56,765 bases of DNA from the NCBI GenBank assembly GCA_004022145.1, contig RCNU01000020.1; one strand, written 5' to 3'. Positions within the stretch are counted from its first letter, which is position 1. Every line of letters starts with the position of its first letter. The notes beneath the pieces were generated by a model. It saw only the letters and a program-made list of their open reading frames with translations. It was not told the DNA's origin and made no database searches. Shown here piece after piece: positions 25,624 to 38,232 of the stretch. Origin of the DNA: Paecilomyces variotii. Its lineage: Eukaryota. The translations under genes were made by a program, and so were the position numbers.

Positions 25624-27486
25624 TGTGGTGGTGTTTATAATCTATAACAGAAGATTTCAGGGAAATAGGTAAACACAATTGAATTTCTGTGTTGATATCG
25701 ATACCATTCACCAAGTCTTCAGGAACAGAAATCCATCCTCTATATATACTTTTTTTTCGTTCCTTCTACATCTCCTCGGTTTTCCATTTCAAACCCCATC
25801 AGATAGTGTCGTCCAACTTGATTCGAGATTCTGTGTTTCACTCGGTCTTTGCTTTTAGTTACATTTGCTTCAGAGCCCGATGTACACTGGAATTACACTC
25901 TGAGGCGACGTAGAAGAATTACTAACGCCATCTAACTACTAGATTGATTGACCCGGTAATTTCCGCGAAGTCTGAGCGTGAGTTCTTGCTCAGCATAGAC
26001 TAATGCTGCCATGTGTTCTGGTGCAAATCCCGTCTCTTGACAAAGTTATAGATAACACAGAGGGCGAATCGATCGGATTAGTCACTATCATGTTCCTGTG
26101 TTAACTTGGTTATCAGCTATCAACAACAACAACCACTTATCTATGATTACTCCACATCTGTCGTTCCCTTCCAGTTTTTGCCGTGATCATCCCAGATGTT
26201 CAACACGGAATATATAGGGGAATTATTAATCAATGTAATTGAATTACTAGTTAGCCATCAATGTATTTTCACTCCGCATACGATTTGGAAGAACAAGCTC
26301 TCCAAAATCAACGTACTGCGCGGGAAATGGCCAGGCTCATCTTAGTACAAGTACAGTGGTACGTGCGTGCGGAGAAGCTGGATTTCCATGTGGAGCACCG
26401 GGATCTCCTTCAGAAGCAAGGACGTTAACTATACGAACAACCCCTCCTTTCATTGCAATGATCCGCCTTGTACAGAAAGTTTATTTCGGTTTAGAATTGA
26501 TCAAACTGCCCATGATCTGCTAATGTTTCGACCGAATCCAGCTCTAGGCAAGAAATACAATGTCAATCCCTGGAATTAGCTTCAAGGCGTAAATAGTTAA
26601 ATGTACTCCGTATTTACCACTACACAATATGTCGGAAGACCTCCCGTCGGAGTTCTCTCCGCGCCTTTCTAGCTCCACCCGCAGAGACAAATAGCTTGTG
26701 ATAGTTGCTGGAGAACTCAAGCTCAGAGAGCTTCGCTCCCAGATAATACGATTAGTGCGCACACGACTGTACATAGTGTAATGGTAATGAAAGGCTCGAT
26801 ATCTAGTGACGGACTCGGTCATCCAGCATGACAGACAGGATATTTGCCATGTACTCTGGCCAATGAGAATCTATACAATTCTGCTCAAAGCCTCAAGGCC
26901 TCTCGATAAGCTTTCCAGTATCTCAGACGGTAGCTTCAGATGGTAGCTCGAACAGGGCTTGATGACACCAATTCCCGGGTACGCTCCGTTGACCGGGCTC
27001 CCGTCAGAGATCTTCGTCTATCACTAAGCTAGCAGCTTATCTCTATACACTGGTTCGATAATTCGATATTATTATTTCGGCGGATCTGTTAAAATCAACT
27101 ATCTTTCAATAAAGGAGGATGTTGGGGAGGGGATCCTTACTCCTAGCGAGTCTTGTAGAGATATCCTATACCCTCCACATATAAGTTATCCTGTGGCACA
27201 GCGGGAATTCTTAAAATTGCTGGACCAACTGTAACTAGATCGATCACACAGTGGTCGGTTCGAGCCTCAAACGTATATCAATGACGTCTGGCGCTTTATA
27301 TCACATAGCTCGATCTAAATCGCGGGCTAGTGTATCTTAGATGCCCTTACATTCCTAGGAACACCCCCTGTGGCTGAGGCCTTCGATCTACACTAGTATG
27401 ATACATTGATCTGGCATTAGGATTAAGTTTTAGCAAACATAAACACATAACATTGCGTGTCCATCCAAGTCATTTTCGGCATCAAG

Positions 27487-28831
27487 TCATATAGGCGTGT
27501 GGTTGAACAGGAAAGAAACGCTCTCGCCATTGTGCGTTCTCCGGATGGCCTCGGCAATTGTTGCGCTGACATCGACAACGCGGAGCTTGGGACACCTTTC
27601 TTCTTTGTCACCAAGTGGAACCGTGTTCGTGACAACAATTTGGCTCAGACAGCTGTGGTTGAGTGTTTCAATCGCGTTGCCAGACAAGATACCGTGGGTG
27701 ACAATAGCCATTACCTCTGTAGCGCCCTTGCCCTTCACGGCCGCTGCAGCTTTGGCCAATGTGCCGCACGTATCCGCCATATCATCTACGAGGATTGCAA
27801 CTTTGTCTTCCACGTCTCCAACGAGTACCATGCGTCCCACCTCGTTGGGACGGGGTCTCTCCTTGTGAATCAGGGCGAAGGGGCGATCTAGACGATTCGC
27901 GATGGAAGTAGCCCTGCAGCTTCTTAGTCCATAATTCATTCCAACTACGCATATTTAACCTACCTCTTAGCACCACCTGCATCCGGGCTGACAATCACAC
28001 ATTTGTTCACTGGAAGGTTTTCGCGTATCCATCTGACAACATCGGGTTCTGCGAAGAGATTGTCGACAGGAATGTTGAAGAACCCTTGAATCTGAGATGC
28101 GTGTAGATCCATTGTGATGACATGATTCGCGCCGGCGGTCTGTATCATATTCGCAATCAATCTGGCGGAGATCGGGGCACGAGACCGATCCTTCTTATCC
28201 TGGCGAGCTTCATTATCTCAGTATATCATCCATAATGAATGAGCGATCAGATGGACTACACGGAATCGAGGGATAAAGGGTTTCAATTATCGTCCTTTCG
28301 ACCGGTATCCACTGAGCGCAATACTAACCATATGCTATCAGAAGTTAGCTTTCGTTCTCGAAGGCGACTTCGGATATTATGCAGAAGATCGATCAAGTAT
28401 TACATACGAAAATTAGGGATCACAGCAGTGATGCGCCTAGCTGAAGCGGTTCGACAGGCGTGCACCATTATGAGCAGTTCCATCAGAGCATCGTTGATGT
28501 CACCCGGAGCCGTGGACTGGATGATGTAGACTGAGAACACGAATTATCAGCAAAAATATGCCATTCTTCTTCCGATCAGCTACGCAACATACCATCCTCG
28601 TCTCTGACAGACTCTCCGATAGTGACGCTTGTCTCATTGTTCGAGTAGTTCAGACACAGGGTCTTTGCGATCTCGATCCCGAGCCTGGCAGCTCACGCAA
28701 TCAGCTCCAGTTAAATGGCATCTCTCGTCGGATCTAAGTATCGGGCACACACACCGGTCAGCCACGAGGTGGGCAAGAGCCGGATGGCTATTGCCCGTCA
28801 GGAGCTTGATCTCATTCGCCATGTCGCCCAT
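27487..28831 (-). CDS. PRS: Ribose-phosphate pyrophosphokinase (PRPP synthetase)
   Basis: [25 protein letters not shown] (via a micro-exon), [22 protein letters not shown] and [11 protein letters not shown]. Confidence 0.96.
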
Positions 28832-29568
28832 GAGTGTCAGCTATTTTGGAGTGAGGATAAGAAAAAAGATGCTTCTTATCAGTATCTACTTAGTGACGCA
28901 AAGCTTCAACGCGGGGTTGTGCCAATGGATGAACGGTTGCACGGCTAGCGCGGACGAAAGTACCATAGCTCCAATGTGGCGTTCGGGATAGAGAACCTTA
29001 ACTGGAAAAAAAAATGTGTCCTTCATTTTTATACACTGCGGTGTAGCACGTGATCTCATTGTCTTAATACGGCGTTTGCTATTCTCGCTATCTGAACAAG
29101 ATGTTTGAAAGGATAGCGGGCAATTTTGTGATCCTATACAATCAGAGGACTCCCCTAGTTTGCTCCGATCCTTTAATTATTAACATCCATCATGACTCCC
29201 AAAAACTGGATAATGGCTTTCTGCCAGTTGACCAAGAAGGAGAACTCCTAGTTGGTCTCCGTGGATCGTTAACACGGGATACTAAACCATATTGCTGACC
29301 TATTCCTTTCACATCCACTGATATATGATCAGAACTCTCTCTGTATTGTCGATCAGATCACGTCAGGTGTAATATTTTCCAATTGAACCCTGAATTCAGT
29401 AGCAGCATGCTTATTGCAGGTCCAAAAGCTACGTTTGAAGGTATTTCAAACCATGAAATCGCATTATCGAGTGATATGGAACTAAATTCCAGCATTGTTC
29501 TGTTACGGGCGGGGAAGTGAGACTCAGGTATTAGTTACAGGAAATGGATCCAAGAAGGTGTAGTCCGC

Positions 29569-30800
29569 TCAGACTTGATTGAACCATTCATCTTCAATGA
29601 GCTCCTTTGCAGTCGGCCTATCTCTCGGGTCGAGCTTCATTATTTTCAGGATGAATTCCTTATCTTGTTTGGAGATCTCTTTCTGGCTAGCCAGTGAGAA
29701 AGGTCTCAACTTCTCAGGCGGCACATTATTCATAACGAATGATAGCACTCCCAAGGTCCCCTCATCAGCAAGATCGCGATATGACAGAGGAAATGGTCCA
29801 AAATAGATATGGTATTTTGCAAGGATCTCTAGTTCATAGTCATCGTGGCCACGGGGGACTTTCGGCCTGAATAGGCAAAAGTTGTCACCCCAGATCATGG
29901 ATATCACCTTCACAAATTTATGGTTACTAGGGTTCATCGCAAAAGTAAACACGCTGGTATAAATAATAATTACCATTGCCCCAAATGACCAAATGTCAGT
30001 CGGCGGTCCCCATTGCAGCCCCAACTGGGCCTCCGGGCTCCGCCAAATAGGTGTACCGATTTCATCGCGGTTCTTGCAGAAATCAGATGTTATGGAGACT
30101 GTACTTTCGAGATCTGCGAGTTGGACATCACTAAAGCGTTGTGTATCCCCAGTCTGAGGTGACGCGTAGTTCACAAGGACATTGTCCATTTTGATATCTG
30201 TAACGGGTATTTGAGTACCTATACTTAGCGCTCAGAGTCAAAAAGTTTATTTTAGGCTGAACACTAACCTGTGTGTACATAGCCATCGTCATGTAGTACT
30301 TTCAATGCCTCAAGGATCCTCTTTGATACATATCTGATCTCTCTTCCACTAAGCTTCTTGCTCCCTGAAGCGGCCCATAAATCATCCTCGAGATGTTTCA
30401 ACACGATGGCAGGCGGAGACAGTGGCTCAGTTATCTCATCGACCAAGGGACGGAGATGCGGTGTTCTGTCCTGGAACTTCCTAAGAACGTCCCTCTCGTT
30501 TATGATGCGGAAATGCCGCGCAGCTTTGATTATGACAGTTTGTCTGCTCTTGTCACTATTGACAATATGCGTCAGTGAAAAAGTTGTTATAATCGGGTCT
30601 CCATACTTTATGGAGTCGAAAAGACCTATAATTGGCGCGTACCTTGCCTGCCAGATAAATTCGCCGAGTTGTCTGGTGACGGTATATGTGCTAACTTTTC
30701 CAGTGAGAGATTGGCCTAGCTTCAAGAGAGGAGGTGATGTCGAGCTTGCTGAACCAGCGATTGACCGGCTGAGCTTCATAAGAGGAGACGTTGGGGTCAT
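29569..30800 (-). CDS. Atypical protein kinase-like protein
   Basis: VIIK, HT|DIKMDNVL, LADLES in place of DFG, GTPIWRSPE, DIWSFG and DPRDRPTA. Three introns. The start codon is uncertain. Confidence 0.82.
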
Positions 30801-31299
30801 ACTTAAAGACGGATAGAAGTTTGGAAGTGAAACTAAGCTATGCCACCGGCATGTAGTTTTATGTCTGCGACTACTTCCTTGAAGTAAGCCTCGAAATGCC
30901 CTTGGCAAATATTATCATCTGTTCGACCCGATATTTGGCTCCTTTTTACAGTTCTCGCAAACAAGCTAAACTTTAAACAGAAGGTCATGCACCAAACCAT
31001 ATTCTTGCTTCCGTGCCATTTATATGTGGTTGTAATGATAGATGCGGCCTAGTGTATCTTGAAGAGACGAGAAGACTCCAAGGGATGATCGAAGAAAATA
31101 AACATGGAGCACGATAGAAAATTGAGATCCCGTTAATCAACTACATGTTATTTCCAGATTGCGTTAAACCTGTATTGTATTATTATGTTCATTCAGAGGC
31201 TTGTCTACGACTGGGCTGCCGGTGGTATTATATTCATACATGAGGTAAATGCTACAAAAAGGAAAATAAAAAAGCAGACCCATGGCCTTCACACCCCAT

Positions 31300-32738
31300 T
31301 CATGAGGTTCCAGACTCAGATGCTGCCGCCTCGGCTTCATCGAGGATCCCATCCCACTGTATTCTGAGTTCCTCCATCTCCTTCCAGCACCTGCGTCCCA
31401 GCTCCTCAAAGTGCTGTCGATCCTCGACCGTCAAGTCGCGAGCGCCGAGTTTGCGACGCCGCAGACGGTCCTCCTCCACCGCAGCAACTCCCACAACACC
31501 CCCATGGCCCCAGCCCTCGACCTCGCTACTCACAGGGCGATCGATGCCCCGGCGGTTCACCGAGGATCCCCATTTCGCACGTCCGCCGCTACGCTGGCGG
31601 TACGGTGCCTCTGCGTCATCGAGAACAGACTGGTTGGATAGCGCAACCCAGACGGGTGCGCAGGCGCCAAAATAGGTAGAGATAGTGTGCCACGGGGAAC
31701 CGAGCATGCGAGCGAACCAGAAGCAAAAGAGCATGGAGTAGAAAGCGGGGAGGATAAGAGGAACGATGGACGTGCCGCAGATGCCGGGGTGCGTTACATA
31801 GATATTCGGCTTCTGGTTGGCTTCTTGTTCTTCCTTCTTGGGCTCTTTTGAAGGGTCCTCGGAGAGAAAGCTATTCACCCACGGAGCGGTGCTGGGTAGG
31901 TCGGAAGTCAAGGCCAACACGTCCGTGAGGGACTTGGACGACTCGTAAGATGTATCTGTCCGAAGGCCTTGGATGTCATTGACGTTGAACATCTCAATCG
32001 TCGCCTCCAGGCTAGACACCCAGATAATACGACCCGGCCCGTTCGGACTCCCCGAGCGCTTCAGCAGCGGAACGACATTATGCGCGAGCATGTAGTGACC
32101 AAAGACATTCGCGCAGAAGACCGCACCCAACCGCGGCTCTTCCTTCTGCAGAGAAGTCTGCTTCTTCGTAACCATGCCCACTGACCCCAGCTTGAACGTG
32201 GGCCACGACACCGCATGGAGAGGATCCGTCATGACGTTCCAGATGGCTTCGGCCCAATTGATCCCCGTCCAGCCACCGAGTCCCGCATTAAGAACGATCG
32301 CATCGAGTTTCGGGATGTTCTGCAACAACCGCCGCGACAGTGCGCGGACGGACAGCAGTTCTGTCAGGTCGACATCTTCTGCCTGGAACGTGACTCGCGA
32401 CGCGGCGGAGGGTTGCTTTCGCACGATAGAATTATTGCGTAGATGCTCCTGAAGCCTAGCCAATGTATCCTTTCCCTTCTTCGGTCCTCGAGCCGTAAAT
32501 ATCACCGTCAGATGCTGCGTGTCGGGACGATTCTGGAGGAATTCATCTGCAAGGCGGCAACATACTGAGAATCCTAGGCCGCTGCGCGGAGAGAATGGTG
32601 TTAGTGTACAGCAACTGATAAGGTGATACAACGTCTAGATCCTCGCAGACCAGAAGAAGAGACCACATACCTGTTCGCACCGGTGACTAGAATGAAGATC
32701 TTGTCTTTAAGATCAAAAGAAGCCCCATTGGAGCTCAT
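31300..32738 (-). CDS. ERG27: 3-keto-steroid reductase
   Basis: ILVTGANS|GLGFSVCCRL, LNAGLGGWTGINW, FCANVFGHY, WVSSLEA, YESSK, HPGICGT and ARMLGSPWH. Confidence 0.93.
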
Positions 32739-34731
32739 GGTGGCTTTTCTTCTGATAACGAAGCCCCTGGATGGTTTAACTCTCAGGGGATCTTTTTAGA
32801 GTTGGCTGACATAAGCGGTGTCCACGTTCCAGAAATGGGCTAGTCAAGTAAGTCTAACCTCTCTGGGGATACTGCAGTGCCAACTTCTTTCCTAAGGAGC
32901 GATATATTCCCTACTATTGAAGAGAAATGCTCTCTTATTAAAATACGAAGACATCGACTAAAGGAATAAGGAGTGTTTCCTCAAAGCAGCTATAAGGACG
33001 ATAAAGCACTTGTAGAGGATGCCAAATCCTTGCCGGTGGGAACCAGGAATATCTAGGGTATTTCGCATCTTTTAGCTTATATTCTACTAAGACGGAAAAG
33101 ATATCTTTCTTAGGAAAGAATACTTTATGGGAAAGTTCTTGAATTCGAAAATCGCCCCTGTAGTCCTCATATACAAACAGGAAAGGATTAAAATTATTTA
33201 CTCCTCGTGCGGCTTAGGACAAATTAATGTATTTAGAATAAGCTCTACGGCAGAAAATAGATTAAAAATCTTTCTTTTTTGAGAATAGATGCACTGGCCT
33301 TGTGTTCAGAAATATATTAATTCGACATTTTCTCCCCCGCGAGTTATGGTCTCTAAAGCATCCAGAAGTAACGAATAACTAAACTTAGTCGATACTCTAA
33401 GTTCACGCTGAGGCTCAAAGGCATCGACAACACGATGTGGATATATAAGGACACTAAGTTGAGAAAACTTTATACAAGTTGCAGGTTCGATTGGCTCATT
33501 CCCAGCAGGCTATATAATGACTCTACTTGTGGGTAGTTATCCTACTATATATGGAGAGAATTGATAAGCTGTGCCAGATGGAAGGATATTGTCTCCTCGT
33601 CTATTGGATTAACATAGTGGCCTTGGATTATACCTGTATAGCACGATGTTAGTGTTTTGTACGCAATATAGATATGAAGACGAACTTGCAGAACTGGATG
33701 GATCCCTTCTGGTATCGAGTTCCGATGGGCCTGTTCTGTCCAGTTAGTCGAAATGTGAAACTGATGACGAAGCAATAACTAACGTAAGCTAGAAGTGTTG
33801 GCATCTCTGAGGTATGATTCAGTGAGCCCATCTGTTTAGCCAAGTTTATTTCTGTGAATGTGTATGGAGCAATGTTTTTGCCAGAAACCCTTCGTCGTCA
33901 TTCAGCTACTGGAGAATACCCTGCGACCTTAAAATTAAGCCTATGTGAGGGTTAATAGCTTTACCACTAGTATTCAACCCTCAGGAAAAGTTCATTATGA
34001 TCAATCTAAGTCAGATGCGTGATAGCGGTTGCGACCGCTACCAGAATGGATAATGTCTTCGCTATCGAGTAAATGTTTCGCCTCGCGGTCGTCTTGATGT
34101 AGAGGTGCAGTCGATATCATGCATAAGACAGAAACGTCTGGTCACCCGCATCTAGAGATGGATTTGCTTCCAGTGCATCCTTCTTTAGAGCTAGTGACTA
34201 AAACAATAGATTGTCGATTGGCATCATTGTGTCTATTCGACGCTTGAGCCCGGTAAGTGTTGGACGATGGTTCGGGGACTTAATAGGACATATCGAGATA
34301 ACACTTAATCTTTGTATCTAGTGCCAAGATTCCACGCAATGATCAAGCGCCACGTAATGACGCTCAAAGTAGCGTCAAGTCCTGCGGCACGTTGCATTAC
34401 CTGACCTGCTGGAAACCCTTTTCAGCTGATTTTATGTTGGCTGCTGAGGCACCATTAGTTAGGCAACAATGGCTCCTTTCTCTCCTTTGGCTAAACTGCC
34501 GCAGCCTGGCACTGCTGACGAGGATCTCGCTCCATTGAGAATATATCGTATATATAGATCCTAGTACGTGCTACAAGATGGCTATCAATTCCGTCGCGTT
34601 GTGGCAGAAGCGGCCCATGATTTGTGTCTTCCATAACTCAAATTGTTCTTCTGGCTATCATCGAGGTGAGCCGTGAAACCTTGTATCTATGTGTACATGG
34701 CTGAGAATGATTTGAAAGCAGCTAGGTCATA

Positions 34732-34944
34732 ATGTCCGACAAAGGCGACACCGAACAAGCCAAAGAGGCAGCTGTTGGCTTCAAGTCAGATTTGAAGACA
34801 CTGCAACAGCTGACCTCTTCGTCGGAAGCCGTCAAGAAGCATCGAGAAGCATCTAAAGATGAGAGGGCAATGCGCAGCTTGGAAGAAGCGCTTGAGAAAG
34901 ATCTTGGACAGCAAGAGGAAGACAGGCAAGATTCGGAAAATTAA
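34732..34944 (+). CDS. Small highly charged hypothetical protein (70 aa)
   Basis: ATG has A at -3. TATA-like tatatata at about 34548, and a plausible 5'UTR intron (GTGAGC at 34666 ... ctgag ... aag/cag at about 34718-34721). Helical E/K/D-rich composition. Confidence 0.5.
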   Translation: MSDKGDTEQAKEAAVGFKSDLKTLQQLTSSSEAVKKHREASKDERAMRSLEEALEKDLGQQEEDRQDSEN

Positions 34945-36605
34945 GATGCCGGAGATCGTTCATTCGGTGATATGTCGCATTCGAAGGCTTGCTGAAGGCG
35001 AATGTCATATTCTTTCCTGTCCGATAATTTGCTAGCTGCGGTCCTGACCCAATCCTGTGCCCAGTACCATGGCATGATCTGCTGGAAACCATCATGGTCG
35101 GAACAATGCTTGACGAATCTTGGCTGGATTTGTTTGAAAAATACTGCAAAGAGGCCGGTAGGGCTAGCAAGCGCGAGAGAATACCAGAACGTTCCCACCC
35201 TCCAGCTCTCATTCATAATAGATGATAGTTGCGGTCTTCCATGGTTGTTAGTCGACACAGTGCTGTCAAGTCTTTGTTCTTCAGCGGCCATGATATTCAC
35301 GAACTCCATGCGCCTCGTGTTATATTCCCCCGAACTTTCAGCAATCTCATCCACAGCCTTGTTCGTAAGCCATGTCGGAGTCCGAAGCATCTCAACTGGT
35401 CGGGTACATGCCCATTCAAGATCTACCAAACAGGTAATGTGCCATTCTTTATCAACAAAGATATTGCTTTGGTGAAGATCCGTGAAAGTAAAAGCGAAAG
35501 GACCACGTCGGAGTTCTGGTTTGAAAAATGATGGAAAGACTGTTCGCATTGCAGCCAATGCCGAAGTCTGATAGATATAGTCCCCTGTATCGTTAATTGC
35601 GTTTGGCTGATGGCGAAGTCGATTGTCATGGATTCGAAGGATATCTGTCACATAGGACTCGACCGTGGAATAGGTATAGTCTCGGGGTATGTTTGTAGGA
35701 ATATTTTCGTTTTCTAATTCTTGAATTTCAAGTGAAAGCGGACGATTCGTTAGGTGTAAGAAACCATCATGGTCAATCATAAAGGAGCCAATCTTTGGCA
35801 AGGGAATCCGTGTGATACTCAATAAGATCCGAGAAAGGTCACGAAAGAGATTAGTTCTTAATCCGATATCAACCTGTTTCTCTTGCCAAGTATTCGAGAG
35901 CATTTCTCCTTGTTCTTCTTCGATATACTCGATCAATAAGTAGCCTGTGCCTACTGTGTCACTGAGTATATTGTTTGCAGCTTGGTGACGAATAAACTGT
36001 GTAGGAATAGGACGACCAAGCCATGATAGAAGTCGCCGACGCAGATATTGAACACAACGGGCAATCAACGGTAGGTTCTGCAGTAGTGTAAACTGAGAAA
36101 AATCATTCAAGTCAGCTTATAGAACATTACACGCAGTAATAAGCCATACAGTTTCACCGGTAGAGGTAGCAAACCCGTATAGTTTTGGTATCGGGACATC
36201 TGGGCAGTTTTCTTGAAGCCACGCATAGGCTCCTGCCTCACATCGAATCTTTTCGTCTCCATTTCCAGGTCGAAAAGCATCGCCGACCCGATATGGAAGA
36301 GGAAACCGAAGTAACACGCGTTCCCCAGGCTGTTGTTTCCATTTCCACCCGTTAACGACAACTGGAACACATAGGTTGAAGCTCCCATGGCGCCAGTTCT
36401 CAACATCCTCCATACGACAGTTGGATGGTCCTAGATTAAGGTGATGAGCAACTATGGATTCTATCCAGTCCTTTTTTGCCAGAATATGTGCAAAGAATTT
36501 ACGCCTTTGATCATGGTAGCTTAGTCGGTGGAGGATATTCACCTCTTCTCTTTGCGCAGTTGAGTATGTGATCTCTCCTCGAAGAAGAGGACGCGTTTTT
36601 GGCAT
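34941..36605 (-). CDS. Aminoglycoside-phosphotransferase (APH/choline kinase-like) family protein
   Basis: WRHGSFNLCVPV, VLLRFPLPY, EKIRCEAGAY, VPIPKLYGF, YLLIEYI, TDLHQSNIFVD and LVDLEW. One intron at about 36094-36150. Confidence 0.85.
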
Positions 36606-37019
36606 GTTGAGAAATCAAGAAGTATGTACAAGAACTCAGGGACGTGGAAGCACAGCGCAATAACAATAGTCTGGCCACAGCATCTCTGTTCTAATGACCG
36701 GGTGTTCCCCCTTTTTCGCGTGACCGTGTCTACACCGCCCGGCAGGGTTGGCTAGCCAGCTTGGCGCTATTCCATAGGTAACAAGACAGCTTCTTTCTTT
36801 TTCAAGGAGACAATATTTATACCCACCTAGGTATTATATTATTATAATGTCCTGAGGAACTGAGGAAGCGAACCTCCATCAGTATAAGCTTCATTTCCGA
36901 GTCCGAATCTGTTTTGATCTAGAGGAGCTCTGTCTCATCTCTGATTATAGCCAGCCTCCGCGTGATAAGCAATCTTATCAAATGCGGAATCCTCAGAGGC
37001 TACTGGTCCATTCTCAAGA

Positions 37020-38232
37020 ATGTTGACTTTTGATATGGATACCTATCTTCCCTTAGCTAGGGATCACCTTCTTTACCTACAGCGAATGCTCAACATGATC
37101 GGCTATTTCAGTCAGCAACAAACTTCCTCAAATTGCAGCCCAAGAGAACCCGTCTGGTTGACTCGACCCTCTAAAGAGCATCCCTACCAGGCGACGCCAC
37201 AACTTATGCAATTCACCTGCATCAAAAAAGGGTAGAGACCTCAGAGATTCGCCAGATTTCGACCCCCGCAAAGGCCGCCGCGAGAGGCGCAAGATTCTCG
37301 AAGAGATTCTCAAATCCGTGATTAACCCGGATGATTTGACTATGTCCTCACTCTTGCTGTGTTGGGGTACCAGTAGCAACGCTCGCATGTGGCCAATAAA
37401 AGTTGCCAACCCGGATAACGAGATCGTTATGGCAAGATATCCACCGCGCATCGTATATATATAGAGGATGGTGGAGAAAGCACATCCCGGTTCTCAACAT
37501 CAAGGAAGTAGAGATTGTCGAGGTGAGCTCTCGAATAGTGCGCCCGAGCAGGTATCCAGTAATTCTGATAGATGTGGTGAGATTTCTATTGCAGGCTCAG
37601 ATCCGCGTGCGATTAAGAATCCTACGTGGATGAACAGATATGTTGGCACGTTCATGAAAGAGTATATTCGCACAAAGAAAAAGAGATTGGAACATGCAAT
37701 TCATAATTACCAGGAACAAGAGTACCAGTGCGCCTACGATCCCACTACGGGCGAGACAGATTGCCACCGCATGTGCGTATCACAGCTGGGTTTGGATATA
37801 AGTTGCCCAGAAAAGAATCTCTTCAAAGCCCAAAGAGATTTGGAATACCTGAACTTACGTTCCGAGAGTCTAAAGTTTGCCCTTACGCAACCTCATTCTG
37901 CAGCTCCGTTTGATTTACTCAGTCGGGAACATGTTATACTTAGCCATCTGTAGGTTCTGGGAAAACTCAAAGAGAGATCACGAGATTCTAAATGCCTGCA
38001 CAGAGATATATTAGGACAACTCGACACATGGCACTCTCCCGAGCTAGAAGAGCTTAGGTTTCCTAAACTCATAATCCGTGAAGGCCTGGAGTTCAATCGA
38101 CAGCACATAGTCTTGCCTTTAAGCGTCACCGTGTTTTTCATCATGGTGGTAACTGCCAAACTGACATATAATGACTGAGAAATAGCGTGGGCTGTAGGCG
38201 GCTCCCTAGTCGCGTTGGCGACACTTCTATAA
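37020..38232 (+). pseudogene. Disrupted hypothetical gene with a C-terminal two-TM tail
   Basis: A protein-like frame continues through in-frame stops TAG 37951-37953 and TGA 38176-38178 (YND*EIAWAVGGSLVALATLL). Apparent frameshift near 37429 and a GTGAGC donor at about 37523. Confidence 0.55.

Noticed and set aside
26760..26960. Minus-strand LKLPSEILESL, F-box-like fragment
   Set aside because: Short match followed by a stop. Not enough to call even a pseudogene.
27250..27275. GGTTCGAGCC B-box-like motif
   Set aside because: No T-stem or acceptor-stem pairing.
33478..33510. GCAGGTTCGATT, resembling a tRNA T-loop/B-box
   Set aside because: The flanks do not pair into a T-stem and no cloverleaf forms.
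33545..33843. Minus-strand short ORFs with an intron-like ctaac...tacag signal
   Set aside because: No recognisable product or clear start. Possibly a relic, but unsupported.
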